This document shows, piece after piece, positions 1-12,715 of a DNA stretch of 64,000 bases (positions within the stretch are counted from its first letter, which is position 1; every line of letters starts with the position of its first letter). The DNA comes from Eledone cirrhosa (lineage: Eukaryota): NCBI GenBank assembly GCA_964016885.1, contig OZ024746.1, positions 24,242,001 through 24,306,000 of the forward strand, read 5' to 3'. The position numbers were made by a program, and so were the translations under genes. A model generated the notes under the pieces. It did no database searches, had not been told where the DNA came from, and was given only the letters and a program-made list of their open reading frames with translations.

Positions 1-391
1 ATAAAATAATGACAACAGCAACATCATCATCATGATTATCATCACCATCATACATCTGATTTTCCATATTGGCATGGGTTAGATGCTATACTACACCACA
101 CCACTACACCACTACACTTCACTACTACTACCACAGAGCACCTCTACTTCACTATATTACTCTATACCACTATAATACTACTACCACAACTCTACTTCAT
201 TATCCTATGCCACACCACTACACTACTTTCACCACTACTACACTACATATATTACACTACATCATTATATTACTATACTTACACTACAGCACTATATTAA
301 ACTACAACCACACTACTACACTCTTACATCACATCATACCATACTACATTACACCTCTATACTATATTATACCATTCCACTATGCTTCATG

Positions 392-423
<32 letters not shown>

Positions 424-509
424 GCATTTATGCACACACATCCATGCAAACACACACATTTACAAACTTACACACATACATACCCATACATAAGATATAT
501 GAAATAATA

Positions 510-683
510 CGAGGGTGGGCTGAAAAGTTCATAGGCTGACTCTGAAGGAGTGATGCTAAAATCTTGCATGCATTAATTTCAACTCTTAATAACTGCATTG
601 TTTCTTTCTAGGATTAAAGTTGATAAATACCTCATTTGGTCATTCCATGAGAGTATCTTGGTCAGCCTATGAACTTTTCAGCC
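510..683. mobile_element. Mariner-type MITE (related copies at 790-946 and 28796-28993)
   Basis: TIRs ggctgaaaagttcataggctgac / gtcagcctatgaacttttcagcc, preceded by TA; internal sequence shared with two other copies. Confidence 0.75.
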
Positions 684-695
684 TACACACACCCA

Positions 696-772
696 CAGGG
701 TGTCCCAAAAAAAATACACACACTTTTATTAGAATACTGTTGAAGTTTGTATACATTTTTGAGGACACCCTG
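696..772. mobile_element. Tiny Tc1/mariner-like MITE
   Basis: Terminal inverted repeats cagggtgtcc..aaaaa / tttttgaggacaccctg, 77 bp in total. Confidence 0.6.
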
Positions 773-1237
773 TGTATATGTATATATACACAATGGTAGG
801 CTGAAAAATTCATGAGCTGGCTATGAAGGAGCTAGAGCTGTGAAATCTTGCATGCATTAATTTCAACTCTTCTTATTAATAACTGCATTGTTTCTTTCCA
901 GAGACTACATTGAAAAATAAATTGTAAACTTTTCCACTGACCCTCATAGAAAAACGTGAGAGAATCTCTCTACGTAATCACCATTCAAACGTTAATGCTT
1001 AAGTTATTTTATTGCCATTAAATATTCCATTAAATATTCCATTAATTTATCTTCTATTTCTGTAATATGATATGAAAGAGATAGTTGACAAATATAGACA
1101 TGAACAAACTATAACATAAGTTAATTATAAATGTATTAAATAACAATAGACCAGTGAGACATCAAGACAAATTGCTTTCTCTTTTTTCCCCACCTTAGAA
1201 AAGGAAGGAAGGAAGAATATTATTTCAATCTCTTTCA

Positions 1238-1430
1238 TTGGTCTCAATCATGTGACTGTGGCCATGCTGGGGCATTGCCTTTTAAAAGAGTTTTTTTTCT
1301 ACAGTTTTACTGGTTTCAATCATGTGACTGTGGCCATGCTGGGGCATTGCCTTTTAAAAGAGTTTTTTTTCTACAGTTTTACTGGTTTCAATCATGTGAC
1401 TGTGGCCATGCTGGGGCACTGCTTTTTAAA
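1238..1430. repeat. 72-bp tandem repeat (~2.7 copies) derived from a SINE-like segment
   Basis: Unit ggtttcaatcatgtgactgtggccatgctggggcattgcc...; related dispersed copy, inverted, at ~26045-26090. Confidence 0.85.
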
Positions 1431-1880
1431 AATTTTTAGTCAATTGTATAGATATCCATGTACAAGGGATGCATCTTGACACACAGATTTACACCAGTGT
1501 AAAACACACACAAACATAGAAACACTACACTATACCATATCAATATACTGAACAGCATTACACACACACACACATGTAAACATTACATTACTATAAATCT
1601 TAAGGCTTATGTAACACCTACATAATCTAATCTCTCTCTCTTTCTCTTTCTGGTGTCTGTAATGTGTGTATGTATGTGTGTCTTTTTAACAGTAACAAAA
1701 CATCACCAAAGTTAAAACAACACACTAGCTGTATTTCTGTAAATGTTATCACTATGATTATTATCCAAATTATATCTTATACCAACCACTAATGATTATG
1801 TTAGGGTTGGAAAGTAAACAATAAAAATATACACATAGAAGAATGTAGAAAGGTATATGGTATATGTACAAAGATCATTG

Positions 1881-2196
1881 AAACCTATGTATTGTTGAAT
1901 AGCCCTAGTTAAGCTCACATCTAGCAAACCTATGTATTGTTGTATAGCCCTAGTTAAGCTCACATCTAGCAAACCTATGTATTGTTGTATAGCCCTAGTT
2001 AAGCTCACATCTAGCAAACCTATGTATTGTTGTATAGCCCTAGTTAAGCTCACATCTAGCAAACCTATGTATTGTTGTATAGCCCTAGTTAAGCTCACAT
2101 CTAACAAACCTATGTATTGTTGTATAGCCCTAGTTAAGCTCACATCTAGCAAACCTATGTATTGTTGTATAGCCCTAGTTAAGCTCACATCTAGCA
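1881..2196. repeat. 45-bp minisatellite, 7 near-identical copies
   Basis: Unit aaacctatgtattgttgtatagccctagttaagctcacatctagc; explains the 15-aa periodic ORFs. Confidence 0.95.
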
Positions 2197-2394
2197 ATGT
2201 GTGTGCTTACATATAGCAATCTAGTGTGCTGTTGTTTAGCCCTATATCAGCTAACATCTAGCAACCCTGTTGTTGTTGTTGTTGTTGTTTAGCCAGAGGT
2301 CAGCTCACATTTAAAATGTTCCATCTATGTCCACAGTATCTTTTTTTCTATATCTAGAACCACATTGATAAGTTGCTGATAGACAAGTAAATGT

Positions 2395-2650
2395 AGCTTG
2401 TCTAGCTCAACACATCTGTAGTGTGCCTGTCACAAGACACTTACAGCTTGCTTGTCTTGACACACCTGCAGCTTGCCTGTCACAACACACCTGTATCTTG
2501 CCTGTCACAACATACCAATAGTTAGCCTGTCACAACACACATGTAGCTAGCCTGTCACAACATACTTGTAGCCTACCTATCGCAACAGACCTGCAGCTTG
2601 TCTGTCGCCACACACCTGTAGCTACCCAGTCACAACACACCTGCAACTTG
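2395..2650. repeat. Degenerate ~25-bp minisatellite (~10 copies)
   Basis: Unit approximately gcttgcctgtcacaacacacctgta. Confidence 0.85.
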
Positions 2651-4328
2651 GCTTTATGTATAGGAATAATTGGTGTATTATGTATTTGTGGTAGGAATGG
2701 TGTGTATATGAATGTATATATATGTGTGTGGTGGGAATGAATGTATGTGTGTGTATGTGTGTGTGTGTGTATATATATGTGTGGTGGGAATGAATGTATG
2801 TGTGTGCATGAAAGTTTGTATATGTGTGTATGTGTGGTAGAAGTATTAATGTGTGTGTATTTATGTTTTGAATGTGCATTGTGAGAGAGATAAATGTTGT
2901 ATATGGCATTAATCTGTAGTTAAATCATCTCTATGACATTCATGTTTTCTTAAAGCATGTAAATCTCTTCCTTGCCATCTTGGAACTAGGAAAAATTCCA
3001 GCTACAGATTTAATGTCATTTCATACAAATAGTATAACTTGAGGCATGGATACACATGATTATCTTATTTACAACAACTGAACTGAGAATAATAAGAGGG
3101 TACATATATATAGGGGTGGGTGTGCTTGTGTGTTTGCAGGAGAGGGAGAGAGAGAGAAAGAAATAGAAAGAAAGAGAGAGTTTTTCGCAGTACGAGACTG
3201 GGAAGATAACAAATCAGGGTAGTACTCAATGCATATTTAGATACAGAGTTGGTTTTGTAATTAGTAAAATACCATTGGAGTACCCCACACACACACTTCT
3301 ATTTCAGCTGGCCTGCAAGCTGAAATGGAATGAACCCTCTAATGGGGTTTTACTGATAGATGTGTGTATATATATATATATATACATAACTACACATGTG
3401 CACATTGTGTGTGTAATGCACTCAGTACACTTTATAAAGTAGGAGGCTTAAATTCTTATAAGCGGGAGGAGGGATCGGTAATTGTATAGGATACGTTCGT
3501 AAATATAGGATTTCTTGTAATGTTCTTTTTTTGGTCATATATAATGTTTTTTAATGTAAAATAAAATTATTAATAGATTCTCCAGTTGCTGTATCAATAT
3601 GAATCCCAATAAAATTTTGTCGAAGATAGATTAGCAAAATTTAATGATCGGGGGTGGGGCTGATTATTCAAGACCTGGCAGTACGTGAATGACATGACAA
3701 CCTCTCTAATGTGAATTCCATGATAAAATGTACCCAATACACTCTGTATAGCAGTTGGGGATAGGGAAAGCATTCGGCTCTAGAAACCATGCCATGTAAA
3801 AGGTTAAGAAGACTCTTCAGATGTGTTAAAGACATGACTCCTTCCCTAGTACTGGTACCACAATAATATACAACCAGTACACTATGTAAAGTGATTAGTG
3901 TGAAGAAGAGTATCCAGCTGTAGAAACCATGCCAAAACTGAACATATATAAGGAGCAAGACATTTAAGTAACTCTGATTAAATACTAGCTATAAAGATTT
4001 ACCCAACCCATGCAAACATGAAAGAACAGGTGTTAAATGATGATGATATATACCTTTGCTGTCATCATGGCCAACTTAGCAAATTTTCAAATTATATTAT
4101 ATTATTATATAACTTTATAGTGCTGGTATTGATTGTAAAATTGCATTCTATGTAATAGATTCTATCTCATGACTGTTGAGTCATAGCTGTTTCTGGTTTC
4201 TAGGTCTTTCTTTATCAATACAAATATAGCAGCCTACAAATCTTCTTATAGATCTATCTACCTATCTATAGCTCTATGTATCTATCTTTCTGTATATGCC
4301 AACATATCTACATCTCCCTCTCTCTCTT

Positions 4329-4374
<46 letters not shown>

Positions 4375-4379
<5 letters not shown>

Positions 4380-4578
4380 AACGAGTAGGACCCCGATGGC
4401 TGAGCTCAAGCCGTTTCGACGGCTAATTCTGGACGTCCAGAATTAGCCGTCGAAACGGCTTGAGCTCAGCCGTCGGGGTCCTACTCGTTCCTATTACCCA
4501 CTCTACTACCCTAAGTATTGAGTACTTTGGTGCGTTATGGTCCATCTGGTTCCTTACCACATTTCCTCATTTCCTTTG

Positions 4579-4580
<2 letters not shown>
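4375..4580 (+). mobile_element. Fold-back PLE-like terminal cassette with HHR 3' half, between (TA)n tracts
   Basis: 120-bp loopless palindrome 4375-4494 (one mismatch); GAAA-CGGC-ttgagctca-GCCG-UC at 4452-4474; tail actctact..gtattgagtac; homologue at 54383-54587. Confidence 0.7.
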
Positions 4581-4595
<15 letters not shown>

Positions 4596-4621
<26 letters not shown>

Positions 4622-4910
4622 TTTTCTTAAGCATCAACCCTAGATTCAACAGTTTTCTAAGAGATAGCAACTTGAATAGATCTGATTTTTTTTCTCAAAG
4701 AATACTTTTTTTGGGGGTTTATGCCCCTTAACTAAACACAAACTTTACTCTTGTAAAAAGTTTCTTCTTACTCTTGTCTATCCTTATTTCTTCTGATGAA
4801 GAACCAACATCTGAAACATTAAGACTCTTTTCCAACTATATCAAACATTATATCTTCATTTTCTATATCATTACTCTGTGTTGTTTTTCGTTGTTGACAT
4901 TTCACAGACA
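4596..4910 (+). mobile_element. Penelope-like 3' end with degenerate minimal hammerhead (4789-4824)
   Basis: tctt-CTGATGA-aga accaaca tct-GAAA-catt-aaga; related motif at 40726-40761 on the minus strand. Confidence 0.5.
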
Positions 4911-4934
4911 CATATCTGTATGTAGTTGATAGCC

Positions 4935-5065
4935 GAGAGAAAACAGGACTCAATACCGAAGTAGAGTTTAAATAGTTATTTTATTAAGGCTTACTCTGGA
5001 GTTTCACCTGCTTCTCAGTGAGAAACTCCTGAATAACAAGACTCACATTTTAGCCATAATAAAAT
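4935..5065 (-). mobile_element. PLE-like terminal cassette with HHR 3' half and short fold-back
   Basis: Minus strand GAAA-CTC-ca-GAG-TA-agcc followed by tail actctacttcggtattgagt; inverted repeat ggagtttc/gaaactcc at 4998-5029. Confidence 0.55.
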
Positions 5066-5299
5066 GAATATATATATATATATACACCTATCTCTTTCTC
5101 CCTCTCTCTCTACATATATATATAGACCTATTTATATATTCACACACATGCACATATATCACACTTTCCATACAGTAAGCCTTGCTTTACTTGTCCAAAT
5201 AACCAATCAATCAAATTTTAGCATGTGCACATATATATGTGAGCATGTGTGTGCCTGTGCACGTGTCTATGTATGTTTGTGTGTGTGCATGTGTGCATA

Positions 5300-5836
5300 T
5301 GTAGCGACGTGGTTAATCAGTCTAGTCACTACTTCTGATCAGATCCGAGAATAGTCCTTAGAAGGACTGTTATCGTATACGGTCTGATCAGATCTGAAGA
5401 TAGCCCTTAAAAGGACTGTTGTTGCATATAGCCCTTAAAAGAACTGTTGAGGATGGACAGACGAAAGCACAAGTTGAAAGGACGAAGCAAGGCGAGATGT
5501 AAATTCGATCAGCTATTTATTTTCACATGAAGCGACGATACGGGATACAAGGCAATGCGTGTGTGAGTGATAAAGCGTGGCAGAGTAAAGGAACAACGAT
5601 GCGCTAACTGACTCTGCCAAAAGTCGACTGGCGAAAGTGTTAGGAACCACTCTATTTATACAGGAACAATCCTTTGTTGTTTAGTCGATGTGTAGGCGTT
5701 TATTCTGGAAGGTTCTTATTCTGGTAGGTTCTAATTCTGGTAGGTTCTAAGGATTCTTTTGTTTCACGTTGAAGTAGCTAGCTAACAGGTAGATGGCGCT
5801 GTATATTTCACAGCTGTTATTTCCGGTGGCTGTACA
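5300..5836 (-). mobile_element. Solo LTR of an LTR retrotransposon (Gypsy-like)
   Basis: TGTA...TACA termini; minus-strand TATAAATAG (~5652-5660) upstream of AATAAA (~5516-5521); near 4-bp TSD cata/tata; internal short tandem repeats; GC-richer than the microsatellite flanks. Confidence 0.65.
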
Positions 5837-6469
5837 TATATCTTCATGTATAATGCAGCACAAGGCAGTGGTGACATGTAGGATGGCCTATAGCAGAACC
5901 ATACAATATCATTCTAAATTAATGCAAACTCGAAAAATTATGTATTTATATATTTATTTACACACACATGTGCAAGTGTGCATTTGCATGCATGTGTACA
6001 TGTGTATTTCATATGTGAGTATGTATGTATGCATATGTATGTATGCATATATGTATGTATATATGAGTATGTATGCATGTAAGAGTATGTATGCATGTAA
6101 GAGTATGTATGCATGTAAGAGTATGTATACATGTGTATATATGTGTGTGCATGTATTCATGCATGTGGTATGTATGCATGTGTGTGTGTGTGTGTGTGTA
6201 TGTGTACTAAGAAAATATATATTCAATATTTTATATAGAATATATTTTTTTCGGTTTAATAGTCAATGACACACACGGTCATTGCCTGATAAACTACAAG
6301 ACTATTTCATAATCATCATCATGAAATGGACGTTCAATGAAGTTATATACACACATATATATATATACATTTATATACACACACACACACACACACATAG
6401 ATGTATATATATATACACACATGTATACAGATATAGATAGAAACATATATGTATGTGTGTGTGAGAGAG

Positions 6470-6622
6470 AGAGTCCCGGATTCAATCGGAGGTTACCACA
6501 GCAAAGGAAGTACTCAATACATTAGTAGAGTATATACAACATTTAATATAGAAATGGCTTCTACAGGACTAGAACTGTTTCATTCAAATAAAACAGTTCT
6601 AGTCCTGTAGAAGCCATTTCTA
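6470..6622 (-). mobile_element. Fold-back PLE-like cassette with HHR 3' half
   Basis: 32-bp perfect arms 6549-6580/6591-6622; minus strand GAAA-CAG-ttctagtc-CTG-TA-gaagcc; tail actctactaatgtattgagtac; homologue at 18360-18560. Confidence 0.65.
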
Positions 6623-6859
6623 ATATTATATATATACTTGCTGCATTTCACACATTTTTTTTGTCGGAAAATGATGATTGATTTTAAATCAGTGATATAA
6701 TTTATGGAGAAAAACTCTGCATTTCAATATTACTCAATGTAAAATGTAATGAATGAAAAATTGGAAAACATTATCTTTTGTAATATACCAAATCAAAATT
6801 ACATTATTAAATCTTATTCTTATTTTGATTCTTGTAAATAATTTTTTTCAAAATATCAA

Positions 6860-7245
6860 TTTAAAACTTTTGTGAATAGACATCATATCTTGTCATTTAC
6901 CTATGGTTTAAGTTTCATATAAATCGAAGGGAAAACATTTTCAGTGGGGGTTTGTGTCCCCGGGGAACCCTAATAAGGGGTGTCTTAATATTATTGAAAT
7001 TTGCTGAAATTTTGTGAATAGGCATCCTATCTTGTCATTTACGTATGGTTTAAGTTTCATATAAATCAAAGGGAGTTTTCAGTGGGGATTTGAGCCCCCG
7101 GGAAACCCTTTGATTAAAATGAAATATACTTATCCAAGTACCCTGGGCAATGTAGTTTCAGAATATATATGGTTATGGGGGTCTATCTCCAAAACCATAG
7201 GAGGAGTTCGTGAACAAACAAACAGACAGGAACTACAACTTCATA
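6860..7245 (+). mobile_element. Possible Helentron/HINE-like non-autonomous element with internal ~140-bp duplication
   Basis: Duplicated ttttgtgaatag..aagtttcatataaatc..gggaaccct block; 3' ggaggagttcg..acaaacaaacagacag motif resembling DINE/HINE ends. Confidence 0.4.
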
Positions 7246-7348
7246 TATATATATATATATATAACTTTACAATAGATTAAAAGCACTCAATACTGCCAAT
7301 ACTGGAATTGTATAATCAAGAACGTAGCGGTATGTCATATATCAAATC

Positions 7349-7420
7349 ATATATTTTATCTGATGAGGACGTACTGAAATAACAACACAGTACTTTTGAA
7401 ATATATATAATAAAGTATAT
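7349..7420 (+). ncRNA. Type I hammerhead ribozyme (PLE-type)
   Basis: Stem I atatattttat/ataaagtatat; CTGATGA 7360-7366; stem II gtactg/cagtac; GAAA 7398-7401; palindromic stem III atatatat; AUA site. Confidence 0.7.
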
Positions 7421-7768
7421 ATTTTGATTATGTGAATATCTTTCATTTGTTAATATTTTGAATAATATAATATATATATATATATATCATAAATCATTTC
7501 CTTAGAATTATTACATAAAATATATACCATTTCCTCTCCCAATTAGCATAATTAACCATATAAAAAATCAATTAGACCAAGCTATAAGAATAAAGGCTCC
7601 TATGAAGAAATATTTGATAAATAACCGAAAGCAGCCTCTTCGCGGTCACCACAATAGAGTATTTACCCAACATTTCAACAGCATGTAGAAACTGACTAAA
7701 TATACCGTCAACCATACACAATTAGGTGTAAATTTAAACTTAGAAGACACGTGTACATACCGTAATTA

Positions 7769-7832
7769 CATCTCTACCATGGTTTCATTCGTATTATTAA
7801 GGAATCTAGAGTAACGAACTCATCAGGAGACA
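7769..7832 (-). ncRNA. Type I hammerhead ribozyme (PLE-type)
   Basis: Minus strand tgtctc-CTGATGA-gttcgt...acgaat-GAAA-ccatgg-TA-gagatg; palindromic stem III accatggt; GUA site. Confidence 0.75.
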
Positions 7833-8353
7833 GACTTGCTGTGATTATTTAATTTATTAATTCTTCATTGAGCCACATCGTGACCGGTTGCCACATATAT
7901 ATCTGTGACTTTATGTATATGTAAATCTTTATATATATATATATATATATACATACACACACACACAAATATACATACATATACATATATATATAAAGAT
8001 ATACATATATATATATGCATATGTATATATAGATATTGTTATACTTTGGGAGGGTCATGTTGCCAATAAGAAACACACGCACGATTTCAGATAAAGAATC
8101 TTGCTAAACAAATTCAGAAACGAAATATATATAGATATATATATATGTATATATACATAGGTGTATGTATACACACACACATCTATGTAGCTTGCACAGT
8201 AAGACATTGCCCTCGTCAGCTGTCAACAGGAGATCATATAATGATTTCAACACCATTCACTAGTATTAGTCTCACTCACTCTAGCAATGCTGAGCAGCTT
8301 TAATGCTACTATGGAATATGTACACCTTTTGGGCTCACACTGTAGTAGGAACG

Positions 8354-8990
8354 ATGGTGGGGGTGATGCTGGTGGTGGGGGTCATGGTGGTGGTGATGGT
8401 GGTGGTGGTGGTGGTGGTGGTCGTGGTGGTGGTGGTCGTGGTGGTGGTGATGCTGGTGGTGGTGGTGGTGATGCTGGTGATGGCGGTGGTCATGGTGGTG
8501 GTGGTGGTGATGCTGGTGGTGGTGGTGGTGATGCTGGTGATGGTGGTGGTCATGGTGATGGTGGTAGTGGTGATGCTGGTGATGGTCACGGTGATGGTGG
8601 TGGTGGTGATGCTGGTGGTGATGCTGATGATGGTGGAGGTCATGGTGATGGTGGTGGTTATGGTGGTGGTGGTGCTGGTGATGGTGGTGGTGGGGGTGAT
8701 GCTGGTGGAGGTGATGCTGGTGATGGTGGTGTTCATGGTGGTGGTGGTCATGGTGATGGTGGTGGTTATGGTGGTGGTGGTGCTGGTGATGGTGGTGGTG
8801 GGGGTGATGCTGGTGGAGGTGATGCTGGTGATGGTGGTGTTCATGGTGGTGGTGGTCATGGTGATGGTGGTGGTGGTCATGGTGATGGTGGTGGTTGTGA
8901 TGCTGATGATGGTGGAGGTCATGGTGATGGTGGTGGTGGAGGTCATGGTGATGGTGGTGGTGGTGCTGGTGCTGGTGATGGTGGTGGTGT
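8354..8990. repeat. (GGT/GAT)n low-complexity tract
   Basis: Trinucleotide mosaic with an internal ~105-bp duplication; long open frames on both strands. Confidence 0.85.
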
Positions 8991-9091
8991 CATTTTAATA
9001 AATATTTGCTCTCCGGTTCTTATATATTTGATATATTTTTATCCTTATCGAGCCCTCTTTGGATTTTAGTCTTCAAATTTATTATTATTAC
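8990..9091 (+). mobile_element. 3' tail fragment of the cassette family at 53235-53478
   Basis: Near-identical to ~53378-53478 and likewise ends at (TA)n. Confidence 0.8.
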
Positions 9092-9133
<42 letters not shown>

Positions 9134-9267
9134 CGTGCGTGTGAGTATGGGTATGTGTATATATATGTGTGTGTATATATATATGTGCACATATATATGT
9201 GTATGTGTGTGTGTGTGTGTGTGTGTGAGCATATATAATTATCATCATTATTTTCCATAGTAGTTAG

Positions 9268-9460
9268 GGTGGTGGATTGGCAGTTGAGGTAGAGGGTCGG
9301 ACGCCATGCTTTGCAGCAAAGAGTTACGGCCCTTTATGGTCTGAGTTCAAATCCCGCCGAGGTTAACTTTGCCTTTCATCCTTACGGGGTCGATAAAATA
9401 AAGTACCAGTAATACACTGGGATAATTGCTGGCCTTGTGCCAAAAGTAGAAACAATTATT
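9268..9460 (+). mobile_element. SINE family B (tRNA-derived; gcctttcatccttacggggtcgataaaataaagtaccag central domain)
   Basis: B box gagttcaaatcc; TSD attattttccatagt; many copies in the window. Confidence 0.85.
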
Positions 9461-12193
9461 TTCCATAGTGGCATGTGTTAGACAGACAGGTCATAGTGAC
9501 CTATTACTCATACATTCCATATTTTGGCATGGGTTCTACAGCTGGATGCCCTTCCTAATGTCAACCACTTTCAGAGTTTCCTGGGTGCTTTTTTTTCATC
9601 ACACCAGCATTACCATTTTACAGAGTGGACTGGGTGCATTTTATCATGTCACCATTATCATCATGATCATCATTTAATGTTGGTTTTCCTTGCTAACAAG
9701 TGTGTGTGTATGTGTGTATGTGTATTGGGGTGTGTATTGGGGGTGTAGAGGGGTGCATGAACTATATGTACAAGAAAGGAAGGAGAGAGAGTGACAGGGA
9801 GAGAGTGATAGAGAGAGAAAGAGTGAAAGAATGAGTGAAAGTGGGAGTGAATAACAAGAGGAGGTTGTGAGAATGAAACAAAGAGAGAAAGAGAGGGGGG
9901 ATTTATAGAGAGAGTAGGAGTGGAGTGTGGGGGAATGACAGTTGTGGGATCATGTGGAGAGAGGAGGAGGGGGATTGTACAGAGAAAGGAGGTAAGAAAA
10001 GTGGGGCCATTTGTGGGTGGAAAGGAGAGGGGCTGATGAAGGTTAACAGGTAGAAAGAGAGGAATATTAGAAAGATGAGAAGAGAGGTAGAGGAGAGAGG
10101 TGGGGGAGAGAGGTAGGGAAAGAGAGATGGGAGAGAGAGGTAGAGGAAAGAGGTGGGGGAGAGGGGTAGAGGAGAGAGGTGGGGAGAGAGGTAGGGAAAG
10201 AGAGATGGGAGAGAGAAATGAGGGAGAGAGGTAGAGAGAGTTGGCGGGGAGAGAGATGGAGAGAGAGAAAGATGGAGAGAGAGAAAGATGGGGAGAGAAG
10301 TGAGGGAGAGAGAGTCAAACAGACTAACAGATACATATAATAAAGACATACACAAACAGATACACACACACACAGAGTGTAAAATAGCAACAGAGTTGAA
10401 GAAGAGGGGAAGAGAGAGTAAAATGGAATAAGAAAAAGGTGGAGATTAAGAGGAGAATAGCAATGACAAATAAAGACTGAAGATAGTCTGTGGGTGGGTC
10501 GAGAGATGGAGGAATATGGATTGGGGGAGATGGAGGGTGAGTTGATTATAAAGTCATATAAAACAACAACAACTTGAAGAATTTTAAGAAATGTGAAGAT
10601 GAAAAGCAAACAACACTAACAAACAACAAAAATGATGTAAAGAAAAGAGAAGAGGAAAGAGAAAAGAAAGGAAAGAAAGAAAAACAAAACAAAATAAAAA
10701 CAAAGGATTTGAAAATGCCAGGAGAAATGGCAAGATGAAGGAATTTAAAAAGCAACAAAAACAAAAAAAATGAAGAAAATTTAATGGAATTGCCCAAGAG
10801 AAGACGAGCTAAGATGACAACCTTTTGTGGTAAATGTCAGGATTAAAATCAATCTTATAGTTTTGGGAGGTTTCTTTTTATATTCTATATTTTTATTTTA
10901 TTCATTTACTTTCTGTTTGGTTTTGTTGGCTTGTCTTAGGGGGGAATTAAGTCTGTAGCTTGTGGAATTGGTCAAAAATGCTTGCTGATAATCAGTTAGG
11001 TATTAGGTCAAAAGGTAGGGGTGTACAAGCAGAGGGTGATGTGAGGGGATTTGGAGATTTAATTCTTAACATCCTCTATCGCATGAAACTACATTAGCAA
11101 GACATTCTTGGAAAGTATAAAATGTATGACTGAATTACATAAAATATTAAAGTCTTTATTTTGTTTATTGCAAATTTTCACATGGCAATGTCCACTAGTA
11201 AAGGTACAATACATATAACCATTTTTAGACATTTTCAGTTAAATCATCACACGATCCGAACCCAGCCAAAATCAGCTCTTGTTCTATGAAACAAAACTAA
11301 TCATTTTAAAGGGTTCCTATTTAAATTAAAATCTTCCAACAGTATATAGATAAAAACTATGTGTTAAGTTACTATCTTAACCCCTTAGCATTTATATTAC
11401 TCTATATTTACTATTATATTTTCATGGTAAAGGCTTTACCTCATAATTATCTCACATAATATTGAATCTATGAGATTTTGATATTATTCGACCATGATCA
11501 CCTGTCCAACTCATGCCATGGCATTAATGAGGAGTTGATATAACATCGTGTCTTGGGCATTTTAAACCTGGCAGAGTCCATCTCCTTTTCCAGGTCTGAT
11601 CCCAGCTAATTTCTTCCAGAAAAGGAGAGAGTGTGATAGAGAGGAAGTAAGAGATATAGCGGAAGAATTTACTCCAATACTGAACTGGTACTTTAAACAT
11701 ACTTAAGCATGAGCTGTAAAATGTCATACCTCAGTAGCTGAAATTTTGCATAGGATCACATCTTATAAAGAAGTTATTAGATTAAATACTTTTTATGTTC
11801 TTTAACAAATTAAGAATATTGTATGCCTCCAAGAATTGAAATACTTAATTAAAATAGCTACTAATTAGAAAGAAATAATTCATTGAGTGTAATTATGTAA
11901 ATTAGTACAGTATATCAGAAAAAAAGCACATTTTCCTAAAAGAAGGGGGAAAATGTTAAAATGAAATTATTTTTTAGCTTCTATATTTGATTGTTTATCT
12001 TTTTATCTTTTCACAAATGTTTATGAAGTCCAACTTGAACCATTCCCTGTATTATTTTGATTCAATTCAAAGTGGCTCAACATTCCTGGTTCAACTTGAG
12101 ACTGTCAGCATCTTTTTACAATAATTTATCCAAAATAGTATTTATTTTAGGTATTATTTAACCTACACAAGGCTGAATACTACTTATACATAT

Positions 12194-12466
12194 ATCATCA
12201 TCATCATCATTTTATGTCCACTTTACCCTGCTTGCAAGGGTGGGACGGGAACTGATTGTGGCTTGATTTCTACAGCTGGATGCCCTTCCTAACACCAACC
12301 TCATTTACAGTGAGTGCTGGGTGCTTTTTTGTCGTGGCACCTCCACGACCACTTTGCAGTGGAATGATATGGACCCCAGTCCCTATCATCTCATTTCTAC
12401 AGCTGAGTAAACTGGAGCAATGTGAAATAAAATGTCTTGCTCAAGGAAACAACACACCACCCGGTC

Positions 12467-12467
<1 letters not shown>
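12194..12467 (-). mobile_element. SINE family A, head truncated at (TA)n
   Basis: Inverted homologue of 12716-13063. Confidence 0.85.
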
Positions 12468-12499
<32 letters not shown>

Positions 12500-12715
12500 T
12501 CTTTTAATGTTGCAAAATCCCAATACATATTTCTATGGCCTGGTTACATTATCAGATCATGACATAATATTTTGGCAATGTGATCAGGTGTAAATTGCAA
12601 ACATTAGGTAATCAATTGCAGGATTATGGCAAACATAAACAGAATAAACTTGATTCAGAGATGACCCACAATCCGATGTTATTGTGACAAACCGCCTCTG
12701 AATATATATATATAT

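Noticed and set aside
1796-2216. Periodic 15-aa repeat proteins on both strands
   Set aside because: A by-product of the 45-bp minisatellite.
8287-9069. 260-aa Gly/Asp/His-rich ORF resembling a structural protein
   Set aside because: It is a (GGT/GAT)n tract that is open in several frames on both strands, has no signal peptide, and its C-terminus runs into a mobile-element tail.
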